From NCBI GenBank assembly GCA_038040195.1, contig JBBPIR010000001.1:489141-553140 (forward strand): a stretch of DNA of 64,000 bases, given 5' to 3'. A program made the position numbers and the translations under genes. Below are positions 54,838-63,052 of the stretch, in pieces. The notes beneath the pieces were generated by a model. The model searched no databases. It was not told the DNA's origin and saw only the letters and a list, made by a program, of their open reading frames with translations. Each line of letters starts with the position of its first letter. Position 1 is the stretch's first letter. This stretch comes from Chloroflexota bacterium. GTDB lineage: Bacteria; Chloroflexota; Limnocylindria; QHBO01.

Positions 54838-56055
54838 GTGGCCACCAACACCAAGATCGCGTCGAACGGGCGGAACGGGAAGCGTCGCCCGGACGGCAAA
54901 GTCCGGGTCGCCATCGTCGGCGTGGGCAACTGCGCCTCGAGCCTGGTCCAGGGGCGCCACTACTACGAGAACGCCCGTGTCGGGGACCAGATTCCGGGCC
55001 TCATGCACGTCGACCTCGGCGGCTACCACATCCGTGACATCGAGTTCGTGGCGGCCTTCGACATTGACAAGAACAAGGTCGGCAAGGACCTGTCGGAGGC
55101 CATCTACGCGCCGCCCAACAACACGTTCGTGTTCCAGCAGGTGCCCCACCTGGGCGTCACCGTGGATCGGGGCATGACCCTCGACGGGCTGGGCAAGTAC
55201 CTGTCCCAGGTGATCGAGAAGGCGCCCGGCCAAACCTCCGACGTGGTCGGCATCCTCCGCGAGCGGGAGGTCGACGTCATCGTGTCCTACCTGCCGGTGG
55301 GCAGCGAGGACGCCACCAAGTGGTACGTCGAGCAGGCGCTTCAGGCGGGCGTCGGGTTCATCAACGCCATCCCGGTGTTCATCGGTCGCGAGGCCTACTG
55401 GCAGCGCCGGTTTGCCGAGCACGGCCTGCCGATCATCGGTGACGACATCAAGAGCCAGGTGGGTGCCACGATCACGCATCGCGTCCTGACCCGGCTGTTC
55501 ATGGACCGCGGGGTGCGGGTGGATCGCACCTACCAGCTGAACTTCGGGGGCAACACCGACTTCCTGAACATGCTCGAGCGCGAGCGGCTGGAGTCGAAGA
55601 AGATCAGCAAGACGAACGCGGTGACCTCGATGCTCGACTACGAACTTGGCCCGGACAACGTCCACGTCGGGCCGTCGGACTACGTGCCGTGGCTGAAGGA
55701 CCGCAAGTGGTGCCACATCCGGATGGAGGGAACCACCTTCGGCGACGTGCCGCTCAACCTGGAGCTGAAGCTCGAGGTCTGGGACTCGCCGAACAGCGCC
55801 GGCGTCATCACCGATGCCATCCGCTGCGCGAAGCTGGGATTGGACCGCGGGCTGGCCGGCACGCTGGTCGCGCCGTCCTCGTACTTCATGAAGTCGCCGC
55901 CCATCCAGATCCACGACGACGTGGCCCGGGAGCGGGTGGAGGCCTTCATCCGAGGCGAGGACAACGAGACCCTGGACGGCACCGAGGCGCCGCGTCCGGT
56001 ACGGGCCAGGCATGCCCCGCGGGCGCCTCGCGCCAAAGCCGCCGCCCGGCGCTGA
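54838..56055 (+). CDS. ino1: myo-Inositol-1-phosphate synthase (actinobacterial/archaeal type)
   Basis: Near-collinear with mycobacterial Ino1 as recalled ([69 protein letters not shown]). The GTG start at 54838 has AAGGAG upstream. Confidence 0.9.
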   Translation: MATNTKIASNGRNGKRRPDGKVRVAIVGVGNCASSLVQGRHYYENARVGDQIPGLMHVDLGGYHIRDIEFVAAFDIDKNKVGKDLSEAIYAPPNNTFVFQQVPHLGVTVDRGMTLDGLGKYLSQVIEKAPGQTSDVVGILREREVDVIVSYLPVGSEDATKWYVEQALQAGVGFINAIPVFIGREAYWQRRFAEHGLPIIGDDIKSQVGATITHRVLTRLFMDRGVRVDRTYQLNFGGNTDFLNMLERERLESKKISKTNAVTSMLDYELGPDNVHVGPSDYVPWLKDRKWCHIRMEGTTFGDVPLNLELKLEVWDSPNSAGVITDAIRCAKLGLDRGLAGTLVAPSSYFMKSPPIQIHDDVARERVEAFIRGEDNETLDGTEAPRPVRARHAPRAPRAKAAARR

Positions 56056-56079
56056 AGGTTTGGCTGAGGGCGTCCGCCC

Positions 56080-57087
56080 GTGACCGCTGAGGAAAGCCCG
56101 ACTCGGGCTCGGGCGCGGCCGCATGCCGCGCGTGGGGGCGAGCGCGGGCGTGAGCGACTGGCGTACTGGGGTTACCGAGCGACCGAACGCGCCCTGAGCG
56201 CGCTGCCTCGTGGGGTCGTGCTGCCGGCGGCGGCGGCGCTCGCCAACGGCGCCTATGACGTGTCCGGCGCGAAGGGCGCCGTGATCCGGGCCAACATGGC
56301 CCAGGCCCTGGGCCTCCCAGTTGAGGATCCACGAGTGTCGCGCGCCGCGCGCCGCGCGTTCCAGAACTACGGGCGCTACCTGGCCGAGGTCATGCGGCTG
56401 CCGGCCCTGGACCCGGTGGAGGCCCGGCAGCGGGTCACATTCCACGGCTGGGAGAACCTGGCCGTCGCGCAGGGCACCGAGGGCAAGGGACTCCTCATCT
56501 GCGCGGTTCACGTGGGCGCCATGGATCTCCTGGCCCCAGCCCTGATGGTCGAGGGCGAAAAGATCAGCGTGGTGGGCGACGACACGACGTACGGACGGCT
56601 GTACGACCACCTGGCCGCGGTGCGTGGAGCGTTCGGGGTGCAGGTCATCGGGTGGCGCAACCTGCGCCGGCTGTACAAGGTGCTCCAGAGCGGCGGCAAC
56701 CTCGCCCTCCTGTGCGATGGCGCCTACCGACCCGGCGACGTCCCGGTCGAGCTGCTGGGAGCCGCCACCACGTTCCCGGCGGGGCCGGCGGTGATCTCGG
56801 CGCGGACCGGTGCCGCCATCCTGCCCATCGGCGCGCGACGGACCGATGACGACCGGCTGGAGGCGTGGGGATACCCCGTCATCCGGGCCACCAGTTCCGA
56901 GCCGGCCGAGGTCTACCGCGCCACCCAGGCCCTGGCCGATGCCCTGGGCCAGGTCATCGCCGGCGACCCGGGCCAGTGGTACATGTTCCGCCCGGTGTGG
57001 CCCCAGACCGAGGCCGACCGGGCCGCTGCGGACGCGGCGTTGGCTCGAGCCCGGGCGGGCGAGGACTGGACCATCGGCGGCCGATGA
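56080..57087 (+). CDS. LPLAT/HtrB-family acyltransferase (PIM acyltransferase-like), copy 1
   Basis: 335 aa. HVGAMD (H-x4-D) catalytic motif. Context between ino1 and pimA. Confidence 0.7.
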   Translation: MTAEESPTRARARPHAARGGERGRERLAYWGYRATERALSALPRGVVLPAAAALANGAYDVSGAKGAVIRANMAQALGLPVEDPRVSRAARRAFQNYGRYLAEVMRLPALDPVEARQRVTFHGWENLAVAQGTEGKGLLICAVHVGAMDLLAPALMVEGEKISVVGDDTTYGRLYDHLAAVRGAFGVQVIGWRNLRRLYKVLQSGGNLALLCDGAYRPGDVPVELLGAATTFPAGPAVISARTGAAILPIGARRTDDDRLEAWGYPVIRATSSEPAEVYRATQALADALGQVIAGDPGQWYMFRPVWPQTEADRAAADAALARARAGEDWTIGGR

Positions 57088-58025
57088 GCCTGCGCCCGGG
57101 CGGCCTGGTCCTGCGCGCCGGCCTGGAGCTCGGCGATGCGCTGGTCGGCCTTCTCCCGTCTCGTGCCGCCTACGCCGTGGCGGACCGGCTCGGGCTGGCG
57201 TGGTACCGATTTGCCCCCGCGCGGCGCCGGCTGGTGGCGGCCAACCTGGCCCGCGTGTGCGCCGCAACAGGCCGGCCGGCCCGCGGCACGGAGCTTCGGC
57301 GACTGGTGCGCGCGGCATTCGTGGCCCACGCCCGCTACTACCTGGAGGTGATCCGCCTCCCACGCCAGGGCCGCCGGGATATCGACCAGATGCTGGTTCT
57401 CGACGATGCGGCCGGCGTCGAAGCGCTGGCGCGAGCGGGCGGCGTCATCGGCGTATCCGCCCATTTCGGCAATCCCGAGCCAGGGGCCATCTGGCTTGCC
57501 GCCCGCGGCCTGCGCTGGGTGGCCCCGGTCGAGCGCATCGAGCCGCCGGAGCTGTTCGCGTACCTGCGTTCGCGCCGCGGCGCGGGCAGCGTTGGGGGGG
57601 AGATGGTGCCGCCTCCGAGCGGCCGTCGCGTGCTCGATGGCCTGCGCCACGGCGAGCTGGTGGCCATCGCTGCCGACCGCGACTTGAGCGGGAGCAGCCT
57701 GGTGGTGAGCTTCTTCGGCCACCCGGCGCGGGTGCCGGATGGTCCGGCCACGATCTCCGTCCTGACCGGCGCCCCGGTGGTGGTGGGCACGATCCGCCGC
57801 ACCGCCCCGAATCGCTTCGCGGCCCGCGCCGATCTCGTGGCATGGACACCAACCGGCAACCGCCGGGCCGACGTGGCGGCGTTGACCCAGCGCATCACCG
57901 ACGTCCTGGCCGATCACATCGCCCGGGCGCCCGAGCAATGGTGGGGCGCCTTCCAGCCGATCTGGGCCGACCTGACGCCCGATCAGCTGCCCGACCTCCT
58001 TGCTGGCGGCGGGGGCCCACCATGA
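57084..58025 (+). CDS. LPLAT/HtrB-family acyltransferase, copy 2
   Basis: 313 aa. HFGNPE (H-x4-E). ATGA overlap with copy 1. Confidence 0.7.
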   Translation: MSLRPGGLVLRAGLELGDALVGLLPSRAAYAVADRLGLAWYRFAPARRRLVAANLARVCAATGRPARGTELRRLVRAAFVAHARYYLEVIRLPRQGRRDIDQMLVLDDAAGVEALARAGGVIGVSAHFGNPEPGAIWLAARGLRWVAPVERIEPPELFAYLRSRRGAGSVGGEMVPPPSGRRVLDGLRHGELVAIAADRDLSGSSLVVSFFGHPARVPDGPATISVLTGAPVVVGTIRRTAPNRFAARADLVAWTPTGNRRADVAALTQRITDVLADHIARAPEQWWGAFQPIWADLTPDQLPDLLAGGGGPP

Positions 58026-58771
58026 GCCGATCCGGACCCCGGAGTGGGGCGCGCGGCATGGCCGATCTCCACCTCCACACCCTGTACTCCGACGGCACCG
58101 CGCGCCTGGTGGACCTGCTCGACTGGGTCGAGCAGCGGACGAGTCTGGACCTGGTGGCCATCACGGATCACGATCGGATCGACGGCGCCCTGCGCGCCCA
58201 CGCCATGCATGCCGCTGGCGACTACCACTTCGGGCTCGTGGTGGGCGAGGAGATCACCACCCGCAGCGGTCACCTGCTCGGCCTGTTCCTGACCAGCCCC
58301 ATCCCGCCGTTCCGCTCGGTGACCGAGACCGTGGAGCGGATTCACGAGCAGCGCGGCCTGGCGGTGGCGCCCCACGCCCTGGGCGTCTTCCTGTCGCTCG
58401 GCCGCGGGAGCCTGGTCCGCCTCCAGACCGATCCACGCCCCGAACGCCACCTCGACGCGGTCGAGCTGATCAACCCCAGCCTCGGCGGGCGGCTGCGCCA
58501 CGCGGCGCTGGCCGAGCTGAACGCCGAGCGCCTCCATCTGCCGGGGTTGGGCAGCTCGGACGCCCACGTGCTTGAGACGGTGGGCAGCGCCTGGACTGCC
58601 TTCGACGGCACGACGGCGGACGAATTCCGGGCCGCGCTGGCAGCAGGTGCGGTCGAGGCGGTCGGCCGCCACTGGAGCACCAGCCACAACGTGGCGGTGT
58701 ACGGCCGTCAGCTGGTGGCCAAGGCCCGCAAGCTGGGGCATACTCTGCGCCCGTCCGGAGAGTGGCGATGA
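58022..58771 (+). CDS. PHP domain phosphoesterase
   Basis: DLHLHTLYSDG, AITDHD and SSDAH motifs. The ATGA-coupled start at 58022 was chosen. An alternative ATG lies at 58058. Confidence 0.75.
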   Translation: MSRSGPRSGARGMADLHLHTLYSDGTARLVDLLDWVEQRTSLDLVAITDHDRIDGALRAHAMHAAGDYHFGLVVGEEITTRSGHLLGLFLTSPIPPFRSVTETVERIHEQRGLAVAPHALGVFLSLGRGSLVRLQTDPRPERHLDAVELINPSLGGRLRHAALAELNAERLHLPGLGSSDAHVLETVGSAWTAFDGTTADEFRAALAAGAVEAVGRHWSTSHNVAVYGRQLVAKARKLGHTLRPSGEWR

Positions 58772-59979
58772 GCGTGATTGAGGCCCCCGAGGCCGCCCGA
58801 CTCGACGTCCGTGCGGAGCCGACCGGCCCGACCGTTGCACGCGCCCCGCTGAAGATCGGGATCGTCAGTCCGTATGGCTTTCCGCACCCCGGCGGGGTCA
58901 ACGAGCACGTACGGCACACCTACGAGGAGCTGCGCTCGCTTGGTCACGACGCATGGATCATCACTCCCAAGTACGGTCCGGAGCGCGACAGCGAGGGCCA
59001 CGTCATCCGCGTCGGCACGGGCTGGGCGGTGCCCAGCAACGGAAGCGTCGGCCGCCTGACCATCGGTTGGCGGCTCAGACCCCGGATCCGCGATCTGCTG
59101 GCGGCCCACCGCTTCGACGTCCTCCACTTCCACGAGCCGTTCGTCCCGTTCCTGTGCCCTGTGGTGCTGCGGGAATCGAGGACCGTCAACGTGGCGACCT
59201 TCCACGCGTTCGGCGGCTTCTCCCCGTCCTATTGGCTCGGACGCCGGGCGGGCTCCGGTTTGGCCGCGCGCCTGCACGGCCGGATTGCGGTCAGCGGCGC
59301 GGCCCGCCACTTCATCGGCCGCTACTTCGAAGGCGACTACCGGATCATTCCCAATGGAGTCGAGATCGAGCCGTTTGCCACTGCGCAGCCCTTCGACGAA
59401 CTGCGGGACGGGACCTTGAACATCCTGTTCGTTGGTCGGATGGAGGACCGCAAGGGCATGTCGTACCTCCTGCGGGGCTACCACCGGCTCCGGAAGCGCC
59501 ACGTCGACGCGCGCCTGATCGTGGTCGGCGAGGGTCCGCGACTCCGCGAGTACAAGCGCTACGCGGCGACCCGCCGCATCCGGGACGTCGAGTTCGTGGG
59601 TCACGTGTCGCAGGCCGCCAAGCTCCGCTACTTCGCCAGTGCCGACATCTTCTGTGCCCCGTCTACGGGCCAGGAGAGCTTCGGGATCGTCCTGCTGGAA
59701 GCCATGGCCGCCGGCCTGCCGATCGTGGCCTCGGACATCCACGGCTACAAGAACGTGGTCTCGCGCGATGTCGAGGGCTACCTGGTCGAGCCGCGCAACC
59801 CACGCGCCATCGCGGCGGCGCTGTACAAGCTGGCCAGGAATCCGGACCTGCGACATCGGATGGGCGAGGCCGGCCGCGCAAAGGCCGAGGACTACTCCTG
59901 GGAGCGTGTCACCCAGCAGTTGGTGGCGTACTACCACGAGGTGCGCGACGAGGTCCTCGCGAAGCGCGTCGGCCCCTAG
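58768..59979 (+). CDS. pimA: GT4 phosphatidylinositol mannosyltransferase (PimA-like)
   Basis: IGIVSPYGFPHPGGVNEHV and ESFGIVLLEAMAAG (E-x7-E region). ATGA overlap with the PHP gene. Confidence 0.8.
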   Translation: MSVIEAPEAARLDVRAEPTGPTVARAPLKIGIVSPYGFPHPGGVNEHVRHTYEELRSLGHDAWIITPKYGPERDSEGHVIRVGTGWAVPSNGSVGRLTIGWRLRPRIRDLLAAHRFDVLHFHEPFVPFLCPVVLRESRTVNVATFHAFGGFSPSYWLGRRAGSGLAARLHGRIAVSGAARHFIGRYFEGDYRIIPNGVEIEPFATAQPFDELRDGTLNILFVGRMEDRKGMSYLLRGYHRLRKRHVDARLIVVGEGPRLREYKRYAATRRIRDVEFVGHVSQAAKLRYFASADIFCAPSTGQESFGIVLLEAMAAGLPIVASDIHGYKNVVSRDVEGYLVEPRNPRAIAAALYKLARNPDLRHRMGEAGRAKAEDYSWERVTQQLVAYYHEVRDEVLAKRVGP

Positions 59980-60965
59980 GCCACCTCGAATGGCCGCCGA
60001 TAGGCGGTGAACTTCTCGCTGACGACGAATCCGTTGTCGGTGTAGACGCCAAGTGCCCCGGTCTCGTTGCCCGCGTCGACGCCGAGGATCCCCTCGGCCA
60101 TGCCCCGGTCGCGCAGCAGCGTCAACGAGCGCGCGACGAGCGCGTGGGCCAGCCCGCGACCGCGCCACTGGCGCCGGGTGAAGACCGAGTCCAACCAGCC
60201 CCGTTCGACACCCAGCTGCCGGTTCGCATCGGCGTAGATGGCGTTGATGACTGCGCCCGCGATCTCATCGCCGTCGAAGGCCACCACGTGCAGGGAGGGG
60301 TCGAAACTCGACTCCTCAGACCAGCGAGCGAACGCCGTGTCCGAACTGTCCACTCCGCCCCAGTGGTCGAGAAACGCCTCGTTGTCGGCCAGGAACAGCC
60401 GATGCGAGTCCTCGCGTGTGACCGGCCGCACCTCGAGCCCCTCGGGGAGCGGGAGGTCGGCGATCGGCTGCGCCAGGTCACGGGTCATGTGGAAGAACCA
60501 CCGGGCCGGCCGGTAGCCGTTCCGCTCGTACAGAGCGTGCGCGCCCTTGTCCGTCTCCGCGGCCCAGCAGCCGGCCACCCGAGGCCGATCGATGTCATGG
60601 CTGGCCGCCACCTCAGAGATGCGCTTTCGCGCGCGGGCGAACAGCACGGAGCCGACTCCGCGCCGGCGCCAAACCGGATCCACCTCGCCCCAGGATCGGT
60701 ACTCGCGCAGCCCATCGTTGGTGTCGATCCATGCGACCTTCGCGAAGCCAACGGTCGTCTCGTCGACCTCGGCCACGACCAGGTCGTGGGCGGGGTCGCA
60801 CTTCTCGTCGGGACGCAGCTCCAGGGTCATCTGCTCCACGGTGAGGCGGTCGCTGATCTGGTCGGCCGCCTCGGCATCGTTCGTGATGCGGGTGAGGATC
60901 GGGATGTCGGCCTCCCCGGCGTACGGTCGCAGCCGGACCTGGACATCGGTCAATTTCGAGCTCAT
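59976..60965 (-). CDS. Tandem-GNAT N-acetyltransferase (MshD-like architecture)
   Basis: 329 aa with two GNAT cores (WRRRGVGSVLFARA and WRGRGLAHALVARS). 4-nt convergent overlap with pimA. Confidence 0.65.
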   Translation of the reverse strand: MSSKLTDVQVRLRPYAGEADIPILTRITNDAEAADQISDRLTVEQMTLELRPDEKCDPAHDLVVAEVDETTVGFAKVAWIDTNDGLREYRSWGEVDPVWRRRGVGSVLFARARKRISEVAASHDIDRPRVAGCWAAETDKGAHALYERNGYRPARWFFHMTRDLAQPIADLPLPEGLEVRPVTREDSHRLFLADNEAFLDHWGGVDSSDTAFARWSEESSFDPSLHVVAFDGDEIAGAVINAIYADANRQLGVERGWLDSVFTRRQWRGRGLAHALVARSLTLLRDRGMAEGILGVDAGNETGALGVYTDNGFVVSEKFTAYRRPFEVA

Positions 60966-60966
60966 G

Positions 60967-61767
60967 TCAGCCCACCCGCTTCAGTCTGCCCGTGCGCTTG
61001 GCGTAGCGCTCGGCCCGCCCGAAGGCCCACAGGCCCAGGGGAATGAACACGAACCCCATCAGGGCCAACGGCCAGGCGTCGTGGAGCAGCGCGGTGACCG
61101 ACGTGCCGTTGATCAGCCCCTCCCGCACCGCGTCCAGCACATACGTTGCCGGGCTGAAGTTGCTCAGGAACTGCATCCACTCGGGCAGGATCTCGACCGA
61201 GTAGTACACCCCGCTGATCAGCAGCAGGACCGACTGCAGGACGAAGGTCATCTGCGCCCCGCGCTCCACGTACATGAGCGGCAGGATGGCGGTCATGATC
61301 CCGATCCCGATGAACGAGAACGAGCCCAGGACCATGAACACCGCCGCCGTGCCCAGATCCGCCTGGGCCAGATTCAGGTCGAAGAACAGCGCCAGCACCA
61401 CGAGCATGACCACGGTGTGAATCATCCCGTACGTGACCGCGAAGATGGTCGACCCCAGCATGTGGGTCCAGCGCCGCACGGGAGCCATGAAGGTGTACTC
61501 CAGGGTCCCCTCCCAGCGCTCCCAGGCCACCGTCTCGGCGATGAAACTGAACAGGATGGACAGGTAGTTCCAGAAGATGGCGCCAACGACCAGGGTGAGC
61601 AACAGCACCTGGTCGTTCTGAGACTGACCGATGAGGGCGACCGCCAGGGCGCCCGCCACCGAGTAGACCAGGAAGGCGACTTCCCAGCCCCAGTAGCGCT
61701 TGGTGAGGTTGAAGTTCCGCTCGACGAAGGCGTACGAGGCCCTCAGCTCGCGGGTCAGGATGGCCAT
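60967..61767 (-). CDS. ABC-2 type exporter permease
   Basis: 266 aa, 6 TM helices. It starts immediately after the ATPase stop. Confidence 0.8.
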   Translation of the reverse strand: MAILTRELRASYAFVERNFNLTKRYWGWEVAFLVYSVAGALAVALIGQSQNDQVLLLTLVVGAIFWNYLSILFSFIAETVAWERWEGTLEYTFMAPVRRWTHMLGSTIFAVTYGMIHTVVMLVVLALFFDLNLAQADLGTAAVFMVLGSFSFIGIGIMTAILPLMYVERGAQMTFVLQSVLLLISGVYYSVEILPEWMQFLSNFSPATYVLDAVREGLINGTSVTALLHDAWPLALMGFVFIPLGLWAFGRAERYAKRTGRLKRVG

Positions 61768-62673
61768 CTACTCGTCCTCTTCCGGTTCTTTTTCCTCGAC
61801 GTCGTCGTCCAGCGACCGTCCGGTGAAGGTCATGAACACGCTTTCCATGGTCGGAGGCTGGCCGTGCTCAGCGGCGACCATCGCCATCAGGCCGGCCGGG
61901 GTGTCCTCGGCCACGATCCGCCCGTCGTTGAGGATCGCGATCCGCCGACACAGCCGCTCCGCCTCGTCCAGGTCGTGGGTGGTCAGCACGATCGTCGCGT
62001 CGTGGTTGTCCCGCACGTCCTCGATGAAGGTCTGGACGTCCAGCTTGGACCGTGGATCCAGGCCGGTGGTCGGCTCGTCCAGGAGGAGCAGGATCGGGCT
62101 GGTCAGCAGGGCGCGTGCGATGGCCACCTTCTGCTGCATGCCCCGGCTCATCTGCTCCAGCGGCCGGGACAGGCGCTTCTCGGCGATCCCCAGCCGGGCC
62201 AGGATGCGGATCGCCTCGACCCGCGCCAGCCGGGCGTCCATGCCGTACAGGCGCGCGGCGTAGATCAGGTTCTCGAACGGGGACAGCTTCTTGAAGAACG
62301 CCGCGTCCACGCTGACCCGGTTGATCAGGCGCTTGACGGCCATCTCGTCGCGCTCGATGTCATGGCCGAAGATCTCCACCCGTCCGGTGTCGAGCGTCAG
62401 CAGGGTTGAAAAGAGCCGGATGAGGGTCGACTTGCCGCTCCCGTTGGCGCCCAGGATGCCGTAGATCTCGCCGCGCTCGATCCGGATCGACACGTCGTTG
62501 ATGGCCACCACCGGCCGCTTCTTGCGGCCGACCTGGAACCGCTTGCTGACGTGCTCGGCCGTGACGGCCAACGGCAGCACCGGCTCAGGCAGCACCACCT
62601 GCGGCGTCTCCACCGTCGCGGTGGGGCGCTCGTCGGTCACCGTCTTCGTCTGTGGGCTGATGCCGGTCTGCAT
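61768..62673 (-). CDS. ABC transporter ATP-binding protein (DrrA-like)
   Basis: GANGSGKST, LSRGMQQKVAIA, LLLDEPTTGLD and TTHD. The ATG at 62673 is preferred. A GTG at 62748 would add a repeat-encoded HRSSRQ-HRSSRR-HRSSQK extension. Confidence 0.85.
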   Translation of the reverse strand: MQTGISPQTKTVTDERPTATVETPQVVLPEPVLPLAVTAEHVSKRFQVGRKKRPVVAINDVSIRIERGEIYGILGANGSGKSTLIRLFSTLLTLDTGRVEIFGHDIERDEMAVKRLINRVSVDAAFFKKLSPFENLIYAARLYGMDARLARVEAIRILARLGIAEKRLSRPLEQMSRGMQQKVAIARALLTSPILLLLDEPTTGLDPRSKLDVQTFIEDVRDNHDATIVLTTHDLDEAERLCRRIAILNDGRIVAEDTPAGLMAMVAAEHGQPPTMESVFMTFTGRSLDDDVEEKEPEEDE

Positions 62674-62682
62674 CTGGAGTTC

Positions 62683-62736
62683 CTTCTGGCTGGACCGATG
62701 TCTTCGGCTGGACCGATGTTGTCGGCTGGACCGATG
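62683..62736 (-). repeat. 18-nt tandem repeat x3 (minus strand CATCGGTCCAGCC + 5 variable nt) directly upstream of the ABC ATPase start
   Basis: Units at 62683-62700, 62701-62718 and 62719-62736. A 13-nt core is identical in all three. Confidence 0.85.
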
Positions 62737-62748
62737 CGGACCGGGCAC

Positions 62749-62779
62749 AAAAAGGCCGTGGTCCGGATCGGCCCACGGC
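62749..62779 (-). terminator. Intrinsic-terminator-like hairpin plus U5 tract inside the ABC exporter leader
   Basis: Minus strand reads GCCGTGG-(GCCGATCCGGA)-CCACGGC followed by CTTTTTG. A U5 run looks rare in this GC-rich sequence. Confidence 0.5.
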
Positions 62780-62942
62780 TGGGGTCTGAGTCGGCGGCGG
62801 TGCCGCCGGATCGTCAGCTGGTCGCGGGCGTAGATCTCCCGTTTCGCGGGGCGCTGAGCGTGCAGGTCATGGCGATGCGGCTCCTCGTTGCGAACGGGAA
62901 GGATGGCGGGTGGCGGCTACACCCGGCGTTGGTCGCCGGCGG

Positions 62943-62972
62943 AGTCTACGGGCGGGGGTCGGACGGTGTCAA
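62943..62972 (-). promoter_or_regulatory. Sigma-70-type promoter candidate TTGACA-N18-TAGACT (minus strand) for the ABC exporter leader
   Basis: On the plus strand, TGTCAA lies at 62967-62972 and AGTCTA at 62943-62948. This predicts a leader of about 260 nt before the ATG at 62673. Confidence 0.5.
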
Positions 62973-63052
62973 GAAACGGGCCGAATGGCATTGGAGTCCG
63001 GACAGGACGGGTGCCAGAATGGGAGTCCTAGCTCGGAGGGGAGTCAGTCGCC

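Noticed and set aside
54814-57363. 849-aa minus-strand ORF over ino1 and the acyltransferases. The ORFs at 58708..60168, 60547..62409, 30871..32754 and 14367..16103 are similar.
   Set aside because: These are shadow ORFs opposite well-supported genes.
62683-62736. A mini CRISPR array.
   Set aside because: The units are directly tandem with no spacers, only 18 nt long, only three in number, and no cas genes are present.
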